In this document: positions 21,625 to 30,695 of the stretch, in pieces
How positions within the stretch are numbered: position 1 is the stretch's first letter
Layout: every line of letters starts with the position of its first letter
Assembly (NCBI GenBank): GCA_036340075.1
Contig: JAYYZJ010000005.1
Location: forward strand, 109,625-173,624
Length of the DNA stretch: 64,000 nucleotides
Direction of reading: 5' to 3'
Source: Thermodesulfobacteriota bacterium
GTDB lineage: Bacteria; Desulfobacterota_D; UBA1144
Program-made: the position numbers and the translations under genes
The notes under the pieces: generated by a model
What the model was told of the DNA's origin: nothing
What the model saw: only the letters and a program-made list of their open reading frames with translations
Databases searched by the model: none

Positions 21625-22629
21625 ATGCAATCTTTGAATGCTAACAATAAAGGCTCTAGGAAATCTTTCTTAACGAATAAAAGCTCTGCATCTAAAGCAG
21701 ATACTTCAGAATACGAACTTGTAAAAGATTACTATTCTAAAGCTCTTACCGCTCCACTGCTTAGCGGAGAAGAAGAAAGGAATATATCATCTCGGTTGAG
21801 AAAATGTGAAAGTAAAATATCCAGCTTAGAGAGTAAATTAAAAAAATTTCAAAAAAATAAAATACATTATGAGAGAATTAATATTTTTAAAAAAGCTTTT
21901 GAGAAAAAACGAATTTCCTTGTTCCATAAATTTATTGTCTCTAATTTAAGATTAGTCGTTAGCATAGCAAAAAAATATTCAAATAGAGGTGTAGGCTTAC
22001 CGGATTTAATTCAGGAAGGAAATATTGGCTTGATGAGAGCAGTTGAGAAATTTGACCATACTAAAGGTTTTCGTTTTTCAACATACGCAGCTTGGTGGAT
22101 TAATCAATCCATTTCAAGATCAATAATGAGTCAGTCAAGATCAATCAAATTACCAGTATATATTTCTGAAAAATCAGCTCAAATTTTTAAAGCATACAAA
22201 GCACTTGAAGTTAAGAATGATAGAAAACCTGATGTTCATGAAATAGCAAATGAAGTTAATTTACCAACTGAAGCAGTTAAATTTGTAATTGATTCAGGGA
22301 AAGAAACTGTTTCACTAGATGCACCAATAACTACAGATGATGCTACATCTTTTCTTGATTTCCTAAAAGATGAGAATCATTTACAAGATGAAATAAGTAC
22401 AAATAATTCTTTAACTAATGAGCTAAATGAAGCCCTTGAAATCTTAAACGATAGAGAGAAGGAAATAATAAGACTACGATTTGGAATTAGCAATAATGAG
22501 ATTCTAACACTTGAAGAAATTGGAGAAAGATTAGGATTAACACGAGAAAGAATTCGTCAAATTGAAAAAAAGGCGTTAAACAAAATAAACAGAATACGTG
22601 GAAAAGAGCTTAAGGGATATATTAATTAG
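21625..22629 (+). CDS. Alternative sigma-70 factor, RpoD/RpoS-like (no region 1.1)
   Basis: [15 protein letters not shown]...[30 protein letters not shown]; region 4 [18 protein letters not shown]; 334 aa. Confidence 0.93.
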   Translation: MQSLNANNKGSRKSFLTNKSSASKADTSEYELVKDYYSKALTAPLLSGEEERNISSRLRKCESKISSLESKLKKFQKNKIHYERINIFKKAFEKKRISLFHKFIVSNLRLVVSIAKKYSNRGVGLPDLIQEGNIGLMRAVEKFDHTKGFRFSTYAAWWINQSISRSIMSQSRSIKLPVYISEKSAQIFKAYKALEVKNDRKPDVHEIANEVNLPTEAVKFVIDSGKETVSLDAPITTDDATSFLDFLKDENHLQDEISTNNSLTNELNEALEILNDREKEIIRLRFGISNNEILTLEEIGERLGLTRERIRQIEKKALNKINRIRGKELKGYIN

Positions 22630-22637
22630 ACAAACTA

Positions 22638-22781
22638 ATGAATAAACAAAACAAATTAAAAGATAAAAAAAATAAGCAAAGAAGCAAAAAAATAAGTCTA
22701 TCAATTACAACGAAAAAAGACACAACTTCTAAAAAAAAAGATACTATTAGAAGATACACTAGAAATCTATTACTATCTTAA
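22638..22781 (+). CDS. Possible small Lys-rich protein (47 aa)
   Basis: Hand-translated MNKQNKLKDKKNKQRSKKISLSITTKKDTTSKKKDTIRRYTRNLLLS*; fills the gap between the sigma gene and the next gene (TAATAATG junction). Confidence 0.4.
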   Translation: MNKQNKLKDKKNKQRSKKISLSITTKKDTTSKKKDTIRRYTRNLLLS

Positions 22782-22783
22782 TA

Positions 22784-24199
22784 ATGAATTCGTTAATACT
22801 AGATAATAAATTTAACTGTTCTGTTGAAAATCTTTTTAAATGGCACAAAAATGAATTAGCAATTGAAAGGTTGACTCCACCGTGGGATAACATAAAAATT
22901 GTAAGAAAAGAGACTCAAACTGATTCTTATATAAATTCTGGAAAAGTATTGCTTAATCAGCAAGTTTTTCCCTTTATCAATTTAAAATGGGAGATTAAAC
23001 ATAAAAATTATTCTGAAAATAAGTCATTTGATGATTTTGCAATTAAAAGTCCTTTTAGGTCATGGTATCACAAACATTTATTCGACTCTATAGATTCAAA
23101 TACAAGCAAACTAACTGATGATATGAGTTTCGATTTGTGGCTTAACAATGAATCTATTGCTAAGTATATTAAATCTAGACTTATTAAATCATTTAAGTAT
23201 AGGTATAAAATACTTGCTTTCGACTTGTCGCTTCAAAATAGCATCAATCACTTTAATGAATACATTCTTGTTACTGGAGGCACTGGGAATATTGGAAAAC
23301 ATTTGATACCACACCTTAATTCCATTGGATACAAAGTTATCTTGTTGAAATATGATAATAAAGCAAATAATGAATATATTGGGAATAATGTTTTTGACAA
23401 TTCAGAGCTTATCACTTTACCGTGGAATCCGTACAATGATAAGACAATAAGATTTCCTGAAGAAATAGCTAAAAAAATTAATCATGTGATTAATTTATCT
23501 GGGGAAACCATCTTAGGATTATGGACAAAAGAAAAAATGAAAACTATACAGAATAGCAGGCTTGTTCCTACTAGATCCTTATTTAATTTAATAGATTCAA
23601 ATAATATTAAATTAATTTCATCTATTCATTCTTCCGCAATTGGAATTTATGGAAGTAGTTCTGACTCAATAATCTCAGAGGACAGTCTCCCTGGAACAGG
23701 GTTTTTGGCTGAAACTACTAAAAATTGGGAGATTGAGCAAAATAAATTCAAACGGTTCTCTGAAAGGAATATAAACCTAAGAATTGGTGCGGTTCTGTTA
23801 TACAATGGAGGATTTTTAAAACCCCTACTTATCCCTAACATCTTACGAATTGGAGTATCTTTCAATAACCATGAAAATTATTTAAGTTGGATTGGCATTG
23901 AGGATTTAACAAGAATTGTAAGTTTTACACTAAGAAGTTCTACATTGAATGGACCAGTAAATGCAGTAGCACCTAATCCATTAACAAATAATGAATTTTT
24001 TAAAGTTTTGAATAATAAATTCAAAACAAAATTTACTGTTAATTTTCCTGTATTTTTACCAAAATTAGTATCTAAAGAACTAACAAAAGAGATAATAATG
24101 GCCAATCAAAGGGTTTTTCCTTGTAAACTAACTGATTCGCATTTTAAATACTTTTCAAATAATCTTTCAGATACATTGGACAATACATTCGGTTTTTAG
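22784..24199 (+). CDS. TIGR01777-family NAD-dependent epimerase fused to an N-terminal SRPBCC-like domain
   Basis: N-terminal LFKWH...ERLTPPW...SPFRSWYHKHLF...F.YR; then VTGGTGNIG, VINLSGE, SSAIGIYG, GFLA...WE, SWI..ED, GPVNAVAP. Confidence 0.88.
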   Translation: MNSLILDNKFNCSVENLFKWHKNELAIERLTPPWDNIKIVRKETQTDSYINSGKVLLNQQVFPFINLKWEIKHKNYSENKSFDDFAIKSPFRSWYHKHLFDSIDSNTSKLTDDMSFDLWLNNESIAKYIKSRLIKSFKYRYKILAFDLSLQNSINHFNEYILVTGGTGNIGKHLIPHLNSIGYKVILLKYDNKANNEYIGNNVFDNSELITLPWNPYNDKTIRFPEEIAKKINHVINLSGETILGLWTKEKMKTIQNSRLVPTRSLFNLIDSNNIKLISSIHSSAIGIYGSSSDSIISEDSLPGTGFLAETTKNWEIEQNKFKRFSERNINLRIGAVLLYNGGFLKPLLIPNILRIGVSFNNHENYLSWIGIEDLTRIVSFTLRSSTLNGPVNAVAPNPLTNNEFFKVLNNKFKTKFTVNFPVFLPKLVSKELTKEIIMANQRVFPCKLTDSHFKYFSNNLSDTLDNTFGF

Positions 24200-24215
24200 T
24201 AATTTATTAATTAAT

Positions 24216-24845
24216 ATGAAAATCAGTCTTACAAGGAAAGAATATAAAAAATCAAAGTCTATTTTTGATGACGAGAAAGATCCAAATAAAAAGTTTAAGA
24301 AATGGTATAGATATGCTGAAAAGAAAGTTTCCGAACCTAATGCTTTTACTTTATCAACTTCTATAAATAATAAACCTTCATCTAGAATGATGTTGCTAAA
24401 AGGTATAGATGAGGATTTGGTCTTTTATACAAATAAAATAAGTAGAAAAGGAAAACAAATTAAAGAAAATAAATATGCGAGTATGGTATTTTGGTGGAAA
24501 GAGATTAATCGACAAGTTAGAATAGAAGGAAAATTAAAAGAACTACCAGCTAAAGAAGTAGAGAAATATTTTAGTTTAAGACCAATAGAAAGTCAGATTG
24601 GTGCATTAATTTCAAAACAAAGTACAAAAGCATCTTCTTATAAAAATATTATTAGAGATTTTAAAATTGAAAGAAGTAACCATATAAAAAATAATACAAA
24701 AATTGTAATGCCTAAATTTTGGACAGGATATAAAATTAAGCCGGATTTGTTTGAATTTTGGCAAGGTGGGGAATTTCGACTTCATCAAAGACTAGAATTT
24801 AAAAGAAGAAAAAATAAATGGATTAAATCGGTACTGTTCCCATGA
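24216..24845 (+). CDS. pdxH: Pyridoxamine/pyridoxine 5'-phosphate oxidase
   Basis: PSSRMMLLK, FYTN..SRK, RQVRIEG and EFWQG...RLH.R motifs. Confidence 0.93.
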   Translation: MKISLTRKEYKKSKSIFDDEKDPNKKFKKWYRYAEKKVSEPNAFTLSTSINNKPSSRMMLLKGIDEDLVFYTNKISRKGKQIKENKYASMVFWWKEINRQVRIEGKLKELPAKEVEKYFSLRPIESQIGALISKQSTKASSYKNIIRDFKIERSNHIKNNTKIVMPKFWTGYKIKPDLFEFWQGGEFRLHQRLEFKRRKNKWIKSVLFP

Positions 24846-25267
24846 ATAAGTTTAAATATAGATTTTTTGTCGATAAAGAATGTAATTGGTATCAAGATGG
24901 CAAACCGATAACTCATAAAAGGATATATTTATATAATTATCAAAATCTTATTGAAGATGAAAATGGTGAATTTTATGTAAAAGAAGGAGATTCAAAAGCT
25001 TTTGTGAAATTCGAAGACCAACCATTTATAGTTAAATCCGTCAATATTAGAGACTTAAAAGAATCAAAAATAACAATATTCCTTAATGATTCAAGTGAAG
25101 AAAATCTTGAAGTTGAATCCTTATTTTTTAATCAAAATATCCCTTATTGTAAGGTGAAAAACAGTAAGTTTCTTGCAAGATTTTCACGTCCAGCACTTTT
25201 CCAATTAAGTAAAGCAATATCTAACAAAAACAGCCAATTTTATATAGGGAAAAAAAGGTTAAAATAA
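24842..25267 (+). CDS. DUF1285-family protein
   Basis: VDKECNWYQDGKPI, V.FEDQPFIV, PYCKVK...ARFSRPA.FQL pattern; ATGA overlap with pdxH. Confidence 0.7.
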   Translation: MNKFKYRFFVDKECNWYQDGKPITHKRIYLYNYQNLIEDENGEFYVKEGDSKAFVKFEDQPFIVKSVNIRDLKESKITIFLNDSSEENLEVESLFFNQNIPYCKVKNSKFLARFSRPALFQLSKAISNKNSQFYIGKKRLK

Positions 25268-25322
25268 AGAATTTTCATTCTTTAAGAAAAAAGCCTATAT
25301 TATGTACCAAATTTATTAGTCA

Positions 25323-25331
25323 TGATATAAT
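25323..25331 (+). promoter_or_regulatory. Extended -10 promoter of the tolC-macAB-like operon
   Basis: TG-A-TATAAT, 11 nt before ATG 25343. Confidence 0.55.
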
Positions 25332-25342
25332 GATTTTACAAA

Positions 25343-26584
25343 ATGTCACGATTATTTCGTTTTTTTTTTACTATAGTTTTCTTTATATGCCAGCCGGGTT
25401 ATGCGTATAATTACGCTGAACTTACTCTGGACAAAGCTATTGAAATAGCAAAGAAAAACAATTACAAGATTATTTACCTTGACCAAGAAGTTAAAGCAAA
25501 AAAGTTCTCAAAAGGTGCACATACATCACAATATTTTCCTCAAGTGGGATTAAATGTAATATTTCCTTTTATAGGTAGATCTTCTTCTTTAACTATAGAC
25601 CAACTAGTTTTTGATTTTGGAAAACTAAATCAAAGAATTAACTCTGGAAAATATATGATTAAAGCTATGGAATATCAAAATGCAACAGAGCAAGACGAAA
25701 TACTTAGCAAAGTCTCTGAAAATTATTACAAAATATTAAAAGTACAAAATTTAATTAAACTTATAGAAAATCAAGTTACTACAAATAAAACACGCCTAGA
25801 ACAAGCAAAAGCTTTCTTAACTGCTGGAAGAATCTCCGCATTAGAAGTTACAGCAAGAAGTCTTGATGTTGATCAAAGCGAACTTGAAGCGATTAAGCTT
25901 AAAGGAAATCTTGAAAAACTTGAAGAAGATTTGTTTAATTTATTGGGTGTACCGAAGCCTAGAGAAATAAGCTATTCATCTAATCTTCAGTATTCGAAAG
26001 TTGATTTAAATGCTGATTTAATCATAGAATCTAATCTGAACTATCTAAATGCTATTAGGTCCGCGGAAATGAAAATTTTAAGTTTAAAATCTATGATATC
26101 TGCCTTAAAAAGAGATTTTCTTCCTAATATAATTGCAAGAGCTGCTTACAGATTTGAAGGTAAAGGTGTACCTGACTCTGATAAGGATAACGACTTAGTT
26201 GGTGGTATGGGTTTAAGATGGGAGTTATTCCAAGGTGGACGAACTTACTATCAAATTCAGGAGCACAAAGCTATGTTAAATTCTTCAATTGCCAAATTGA
26301 ACCTACTAAAAAGAGATATTGGATCCAAAATCAGATTTGGAGTTATTGATGCAGATACTGATTTCTACAAAATAGATGTCTTAAAAAGATCGGTAAAAGC
26401 AGCTAAATCAAACTATGAATATATAAAAACTAACTACACTTTAGGTGAGAAATCCATGGTTGAGCTTCTAGAAGCTGAGGATTTACTTTCAGAACAAGAA
26501 ACCGAATATCAAAATGCCATTTATGATTACAAAATAAAGGTTGCTAGAATCGAAAGAATTGCTGGAGTAGTAATATCTAGATGA
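25343..26584 (+). CDS. TolC-family outer membrane efflux protein
   Basis: Signal peptide, LTLDKAIEIAKKNN, duplicated QLVFDFG / WELFQGG strands, G..S..ELLEA helices. Confidence 0.88.
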   Translation: MSRLFRFFFTIVFFICQPGYAYNYAELTLDKAIEIAKKNNYKIIYLDQEVKAKKFSKGAHTSQYFPQVGLNVIFPFIGRSSSLTIDQLVFDFGKLNQRINSGKYMIKAMEYQNATEQDEILSKVSENYYKILKVQNLIKLIENQVTTNKTRLEQAKAFLTAGRISALEVTARSLDVDQSELEAIKLKGNLEKLEEDLFNLLGVPKPREISYSSNLQYSKVDLNADLIIESNLNYLNAIRSAEMKILSLKSMISALKRDFLPNIIARAAYRFEGKGVPDSDKDNDLVGGMGLRWELFQGGRTYYQIQEHKAMLNSSIAKLNLLKRDIGSKIRFGVIDADTDFYKIDVLKRSVKAAKSNYEYIKTNYTLGEKSMVELLEAEDLLSEQETEYQNAIYDYKIKVARIERIAGVVISR

Positions 26585-27867
26585 ACAAGCTCTTTGAACT
26601 TTTGGCAAAATTCATTATATCATTAAAGTCTCCTGATGGATTACTTCTAAAAGTCTGGTCTTTTATGAAGAACAACAAAAAGGTAGTTGTAACAATACTG
26701 GCTCTACTTTTAGTATATAGAGTTGCAGGAGATTTTATTACTGGGGATTCGAATAATAAAAATGGTGCATACCAATTAGTTACTACAAAACTTTCTGTTG
26801 GCGAAATAAGTGAATTCGTAAAGACTTCAGGAAAAATTGCACCTGAACAAGAACAAAAAATCAGAGCAACATTGGCTAGACGAGTTTCAATTCTGAAAGT
26901 TAATGTAAAATATGGTGACTTAGTTGAACCGGGACAAATACTTTTAGAGCTAGATTCTGCAGAAATCACCAAAGACTTAGAAGTCATAACAAAAAAATTA
27001 GAACTACTAGAAATAGATTTTAATCAAGCTCAACAAAAATCGGATGATGATGAAAAATTATTAGAGAAAGGGTTTATTCCGAAAAACGAATACGATGAAA
27101 GCGTATCTGAACTTAAGAAAATTGCTATTGAAATAGAATTAATGAAGAAAGAAGAGTTGAAATTTAAAGAAGAATTAGAAAAATTAAAAATTGTATCGCC
27201 AATCAAAGGCAGAATAGATTATATAAATGAACAAATAATAAACTCAGGTTCAGTTGATGTAAATAATTGGCTTTTTACAGTCTCCTCATCAGCAGACCGT
27301 TTGAAATTAAGTTTAAGTGTCGATGGTAGAGCAATTACTAAAATCAAAGAAGGCCAAGAGGTATCATTTAGAATAGATACTTACCCAAATAAAGACTTAT
27401 TTGGCTCTGTAATCAAGATAGTTGAACCATTAAATCTAAATCCTCATAAAGACAAAGCGCCTGTTTTTTATGAAATAATTGCTAGTGTAGCTGAAACTGA
27501 TGTTGAATTAAAAGCTGGAATGAGTGTAGATGCCTCAATAAAAATACAAACAAAATTAAGAATCAAGAGAATACCGAGATCAGCATTAAGATTTGTACCT
27601 CCTAAAATAATAAGAATAAGAAACCAGCCACCTCAAAATACTACAACTCCAATAATATGGATTGTAAACAGAGATGGTTCAATATCGGCTGTACCTATTA
27701 CTACTGGAATTAGAGATAATGATTTTGTTGAGTTCATAGAGCTAGCTTCTGCAAACGAGAAAGATTATAAATTAAGTGCGGATGATGATATTGTTACCGG
27801 CGTAACAATTTTTCAAGATCAAAAGAAAAAAAGCAGGTTTGCATTACCACAACCTAAAAGATATTAA
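26581..27867 (+). CDS. Efflux periplasmic adaptor subunit (MacA-like)
   Basis: V.VKYGD.VE.GQ.L.ELD lipoyl half, IVSPIKGRI, LKAGMSVDA, IPRSALRF; operon context. Confidence 0.88.
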   Translation: MNKLFELLAKFIISLKSPDGLLLKVWSFMKNNKKVVVTILALLLVYRVAGDFITGDSNNKNGAYQLVTTKLSVGEISEFVKTSGKIAPEQEQKIRATLARRVSILKVNVKYGDLVEPGQILLELDSAEITKDLEVITKKLELLEIDFNQAQQKSDDDEKLLEKGFIPKNEYDESVSELKKIAIEIELMKKEELKFKEELEKLKIVSPIKGRIDYINEQIINSGSVDVNNWLFTVSSSADRLKLSLSVDGRAITKIKEGQEVSFRIDTYPNKDLFGSVIKIVEPLNLNPHKDKAPVFYEIIASVAETDVELKAGMSVDASIKIQTKLRIKRIPRSALRFVPPKIIRIRNQPPQNTTTPIIWIVNRDGSISAVPITTGIRDNDFVEFIELASANEKDYKLSADDDIVTGVTIFQDQKKKSRFALPQPKRY

Positions 27868-27871
27868 ATAA

Positions 27872-28549
27872 ATGAGCAAAGATACTCTTATTGAATTATC
27901 CAACATAAATAAAATTTATTTTATGGGGCAAAATAAATTACAAGTTCTTTTCGATATATGTTTACAGATTTACGAAAATGATTTTATATCAATAGTTGGA
28001 CCATCTGGTTCAGGAAAAACTACTTTATTAAATATCATGGCATGTTTAGACTCCCCAACATCAGGAGAATACAGACTAAAGGGAATTGATGTAGTTTCTA
28101 AATCTGTTGATGATAAATCTGAAATAAGAAGTGATTCGATTGGCTTTATCTTCCAAAGCTTCAATTTAATTTCAAGACATACAGCAATTGAAAATGTTGA
28201 GATGCCTCTTATGTATTCAAGCTCTTACAATAGAAAAGATAGAAAAGAAAGAGCAATGGAATGTTTGGACATGGTTGAATTAACTGATAGAGCAAATCAT
28301 TTTCCTAATGAATTATCAGGTGGTCAACAACAAAGAGTTGCAATTGCAAGAGCGTTAATTAATAATCCTGATATAATACTAGCTGATGAGCCAACTGGAA
28401 ATTTAGATTCTAATACTAGCGAAGGAATAATAAATCTTCTAAAAAGTTTACATCAATCTGGAAAAACTATAATAGTAATAACTCACAATAATGAAATTGC
28501 TAAAGAAACGATGGATATTATAAATATAAGAGATGGAAAAATAATTTAG
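27872..28549 (+). CDS. ABC transporter ATP-binding protein (MacB/LolD-like)
   Basis: GPSGSGKTT, IGFIFQSFNL, LSGGQQQRVAIARAL and LADEPTGNLD motifs. Confidence 0.95.
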   Translation: MSKDTLIELSNINKIYFMGQNKLQVLFDICLQIYENDFISIVGPSGSGKTTLLNIMACLDSPTSGEYRLKGIDVVSKSVDDKSEIRSDSIGFIFQSFNLISRHTAIENVEMPLMYSSSYNRKDRKERAMECLDMVELTDRANHFPNELSGGQQQRVAIARALINNPDIILADEPTGNLDSNTSEGIINLLKSLHQSGKTIIVITHNNEIAKETMDIINIRDGKII

Positions 28550-28552
28550 ATA

Positions 28553-29779
28553 ATGATTGGAAGATACATATTAGACAACTTAATTGAAGCAAAATCAAAT
28601 TTATTAAGGAATAAATCACGTACTCTTTTGACATCATTAGGGATAGTTATTGGTATAACATCTGTAATAATATTGGTTGCTATAACTAATGGAGCAAAAT
28701 TTATTATAGAACAACAATTAGTTAGCTTAGGGGCAAAAACTATAGTCTTAAAGCCTATTGGACGTACTGCTAGTGGTATATATAGAGGACGGGCTCAGGA
28801 CTTTAATCAAGAAGAACTAAAATTAATGAAAGAGATGCCTACTGTTTCTTATGTTACACCCATTGTTAAAACATCAAACGAAGTTCAATATAGGAATACA
28901 ACACAAGTAGTTGCAATAATTGGTGCTAATGAAGATTTTGCCATGATTAATGATTGGTCAACCGAGTTGGGTTCGTTTATAAATCGAATAGATGTTCAAG
29001 ATGGAGCAAAAGTCTGCGTATTAGGTTCAACAGTTAATAAAAGATTTTTTGGTGCAGAGAATGCCATTAATCAAAATGTAAGAATAGATGGAATTTCTTT
29101 TAAAGTAATTGGCGTCTTGTCAGAGAAAGGTCTTACGCCTGGTGGAAGAGATCAAGATGATTTTATTCTTATACCATATACTTCGCTTGCCAGATATGAC
29201 TATAGAGGTCAACTTTATGGAATTAGCAATATAATTGTATCATCAACAACAACCGATGATGTTGAGTTTACAAAATACTCAATTAGGAGAATGTTAAGAG
29301 AAAGGAGGAATTTACTTAAGGATCAATTCGATAACTTTGAACTGCGTTCATATGAAGCAGTGACAAAAAAAATTGTTAGAACTACAACTATTCTAAAAGT
29401 TTTATTATCTACTATCGCTTCTATTTCTCTTGTCGTTGGTGGTATAGGAATTATGAATATTATGCTTGTTTCAGTAACTGAAAGAACAAAAGAAATAGGG
29501 ATAAGAATTACTATAGGAGCGAAAAGTAAAGATATAATAATCCAATTTCTCTCCGAAGCTGCTATGCTGTCAATTATTGGAGGGGTTATAGGTGTTGTTT
29601 TAGGATATATTCTTAGCAAAGTAGCTTCCACATTTGTTGGATGGCCAGCTATAATAAATACCGAATCAATAATAATTGCAACTTTATTTTCTGGAATAAT
29701 TGGTATATTTTTTGGAATCTATCCCGCATTTAAAGCTTCAAAAATGGATCCAATTAAAGCAATAAGGAATGAATACTAA
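28553..29779 (+). CDS. ABC transporter permease (MacB/FtsX-like)
   Basis: RTLLTSLGIVIGI, VGGIGIMNIMLVSVTERTKEIGIR and YPA.KAS..DPI.A motifs. Confidence 0.95.
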   Translation: MIGRYILDNLIEAKSNLLRNKSRTLLTSLGIVIGITSVIILVAITNGAKFIIEQQLVSLGAKTIVLKPIGRTASGIYRGRAQDFNQEELKLMKEMPTVSYVTPIVKTSNEVQYRNTTQVVAIIGANEDFAMINDWSTELGSFINRIDVQDGAKVCVLGSTVNKRFFGAENAINQNVRIDGISFKVIGVLSEKGLTPGGRDQDDFILIPYTSLARYDYRGQLYGISNIIVSSTTTDDVEFTKYSIRRMLRERRNLLKDQFDNFELRSYEAVTKKIVRTTTILKVLLSTIASISLVVGGIGIMNIMLVSVTERTKEIGIRITIGAKSKDIIIQFLSEAAMLSIIGGVIGVVLGYILSKVASTFVGWPAIINTESIIIATLFSGIIGIFFGIYPAFKASKMDPIKAIRNEY

Positions 29780-29785
29780 TGGTAG

Positions 29786-29992
29786 GTGAACATGCTAAAG
29801 ATAACGCAAAGATACTTTGAGGGTTTTGATTATCTTACAACTAAAATTAGCAAAATGAGCATTTTAAATAGCGTTCCTCTGCTAATTTTTACTCTTGCTA
29901 TTTACCCTTTGTCGATTTTCGTATTAATTGCACTATATTTTATAACTTTACTTTCAATAATAACTTTTAAATGTTTAAATTTAATTAAATAG
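29786..29992 (+). CDS. Small hypothetical membrane protein
   Basis: Fills the gap between the permease and uppS; hydrophobic C-terminal half; start GTG 29786 or ATG 29792. Confidence 0.5.
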   Translation: MNMLKITQRYFEGFDYLTTKISKMSILNSVPLLIFTLAIYPLSIFVLIALYFITLLSIITFKCLNLIK

Positions 29993-29993
29993 A

Positions 29994-30695
29994 ATGAAAA
30001 ATCCTAAACCAAAACATATTGCAATTATAATGGATGGGAATAGACGCTGGGCAAAGGAAAATGGTACAAAAACTATAATTGGACACAAGCAAGGATTGGA
30101 TACAGCTAAAGAAATTTGTATGTATGCCAATAAGATTCAAATCAAATTCCTAACACTATATGCATTCTCAATTCAAAATTGGTCTAGATCAAAAAAGGAG
30201 GTAGAGTCTCTATTCGCTTTATTCTTAGAATTTTTTAACCAAAAAAGCAGCTTTATCATCGAACAGAAAATGAAGTTCAATCCAATAGGAAGGGTTGGAG
30301 AATTAGATTCGAGAATTAAAAATGAGATTTATAAATTAGCAGAAGACACGAAAAACAACAAAGGTACTTGTATCAATGTTGCAATTAATTATGGTGGAAG
30401 AGAAGAAATAATTGATTCTATAAAAAAAATAAATAATTTAAATATAGACTTAAATAAAATAAGCGAAGAACAAATAAAGAAAAATACATATTTACCTGAT
30501 TGTCCTGATCCTGAACTCTTAATAAGAACAGGAAGTACTTCTAGAATTTCAAATTATTTGTTATGGCATATAGCCTACTCTGAAATTTTAATAAGTGAAA
30601 AATATTGGCCAGAATTTACAGTTTCTGATTTTCAAAAATGTATTAGCGAATATGAAAGAATAGATAGAAAATTTGGTGGAGCTAGTAATGAATAA
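29994..30695 (+). CDS. uppS: Undecaprenyl/isoprenyl diphosphate synthase
   Basis: HIAIIMDGNRRWA, YAFS..NW.R, NYGGR and RT....RISNYLLW..AYSE motifs. Confidence 0.96.
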   Translation: MKNPKPKHIAIIMDGNRRWAKENGTKTIIGHKQGLDTAKEICMYANKIQIKFLTLYAFSIQNWSRSKKEVESLFALFLEFFNQKSSFIIEQKMKFNPIGRVGELDSRIKNEIYKLAEDTKNNKGTCINVAINYGGREEIIDSIKKINNLNIDLNKISEEQIKKNTYLPDCPDPELLIRTGSTSRISNYLLWHIAYSEILISEKYWPEFTVSDFQKCISEYERIDRKFGGASNE

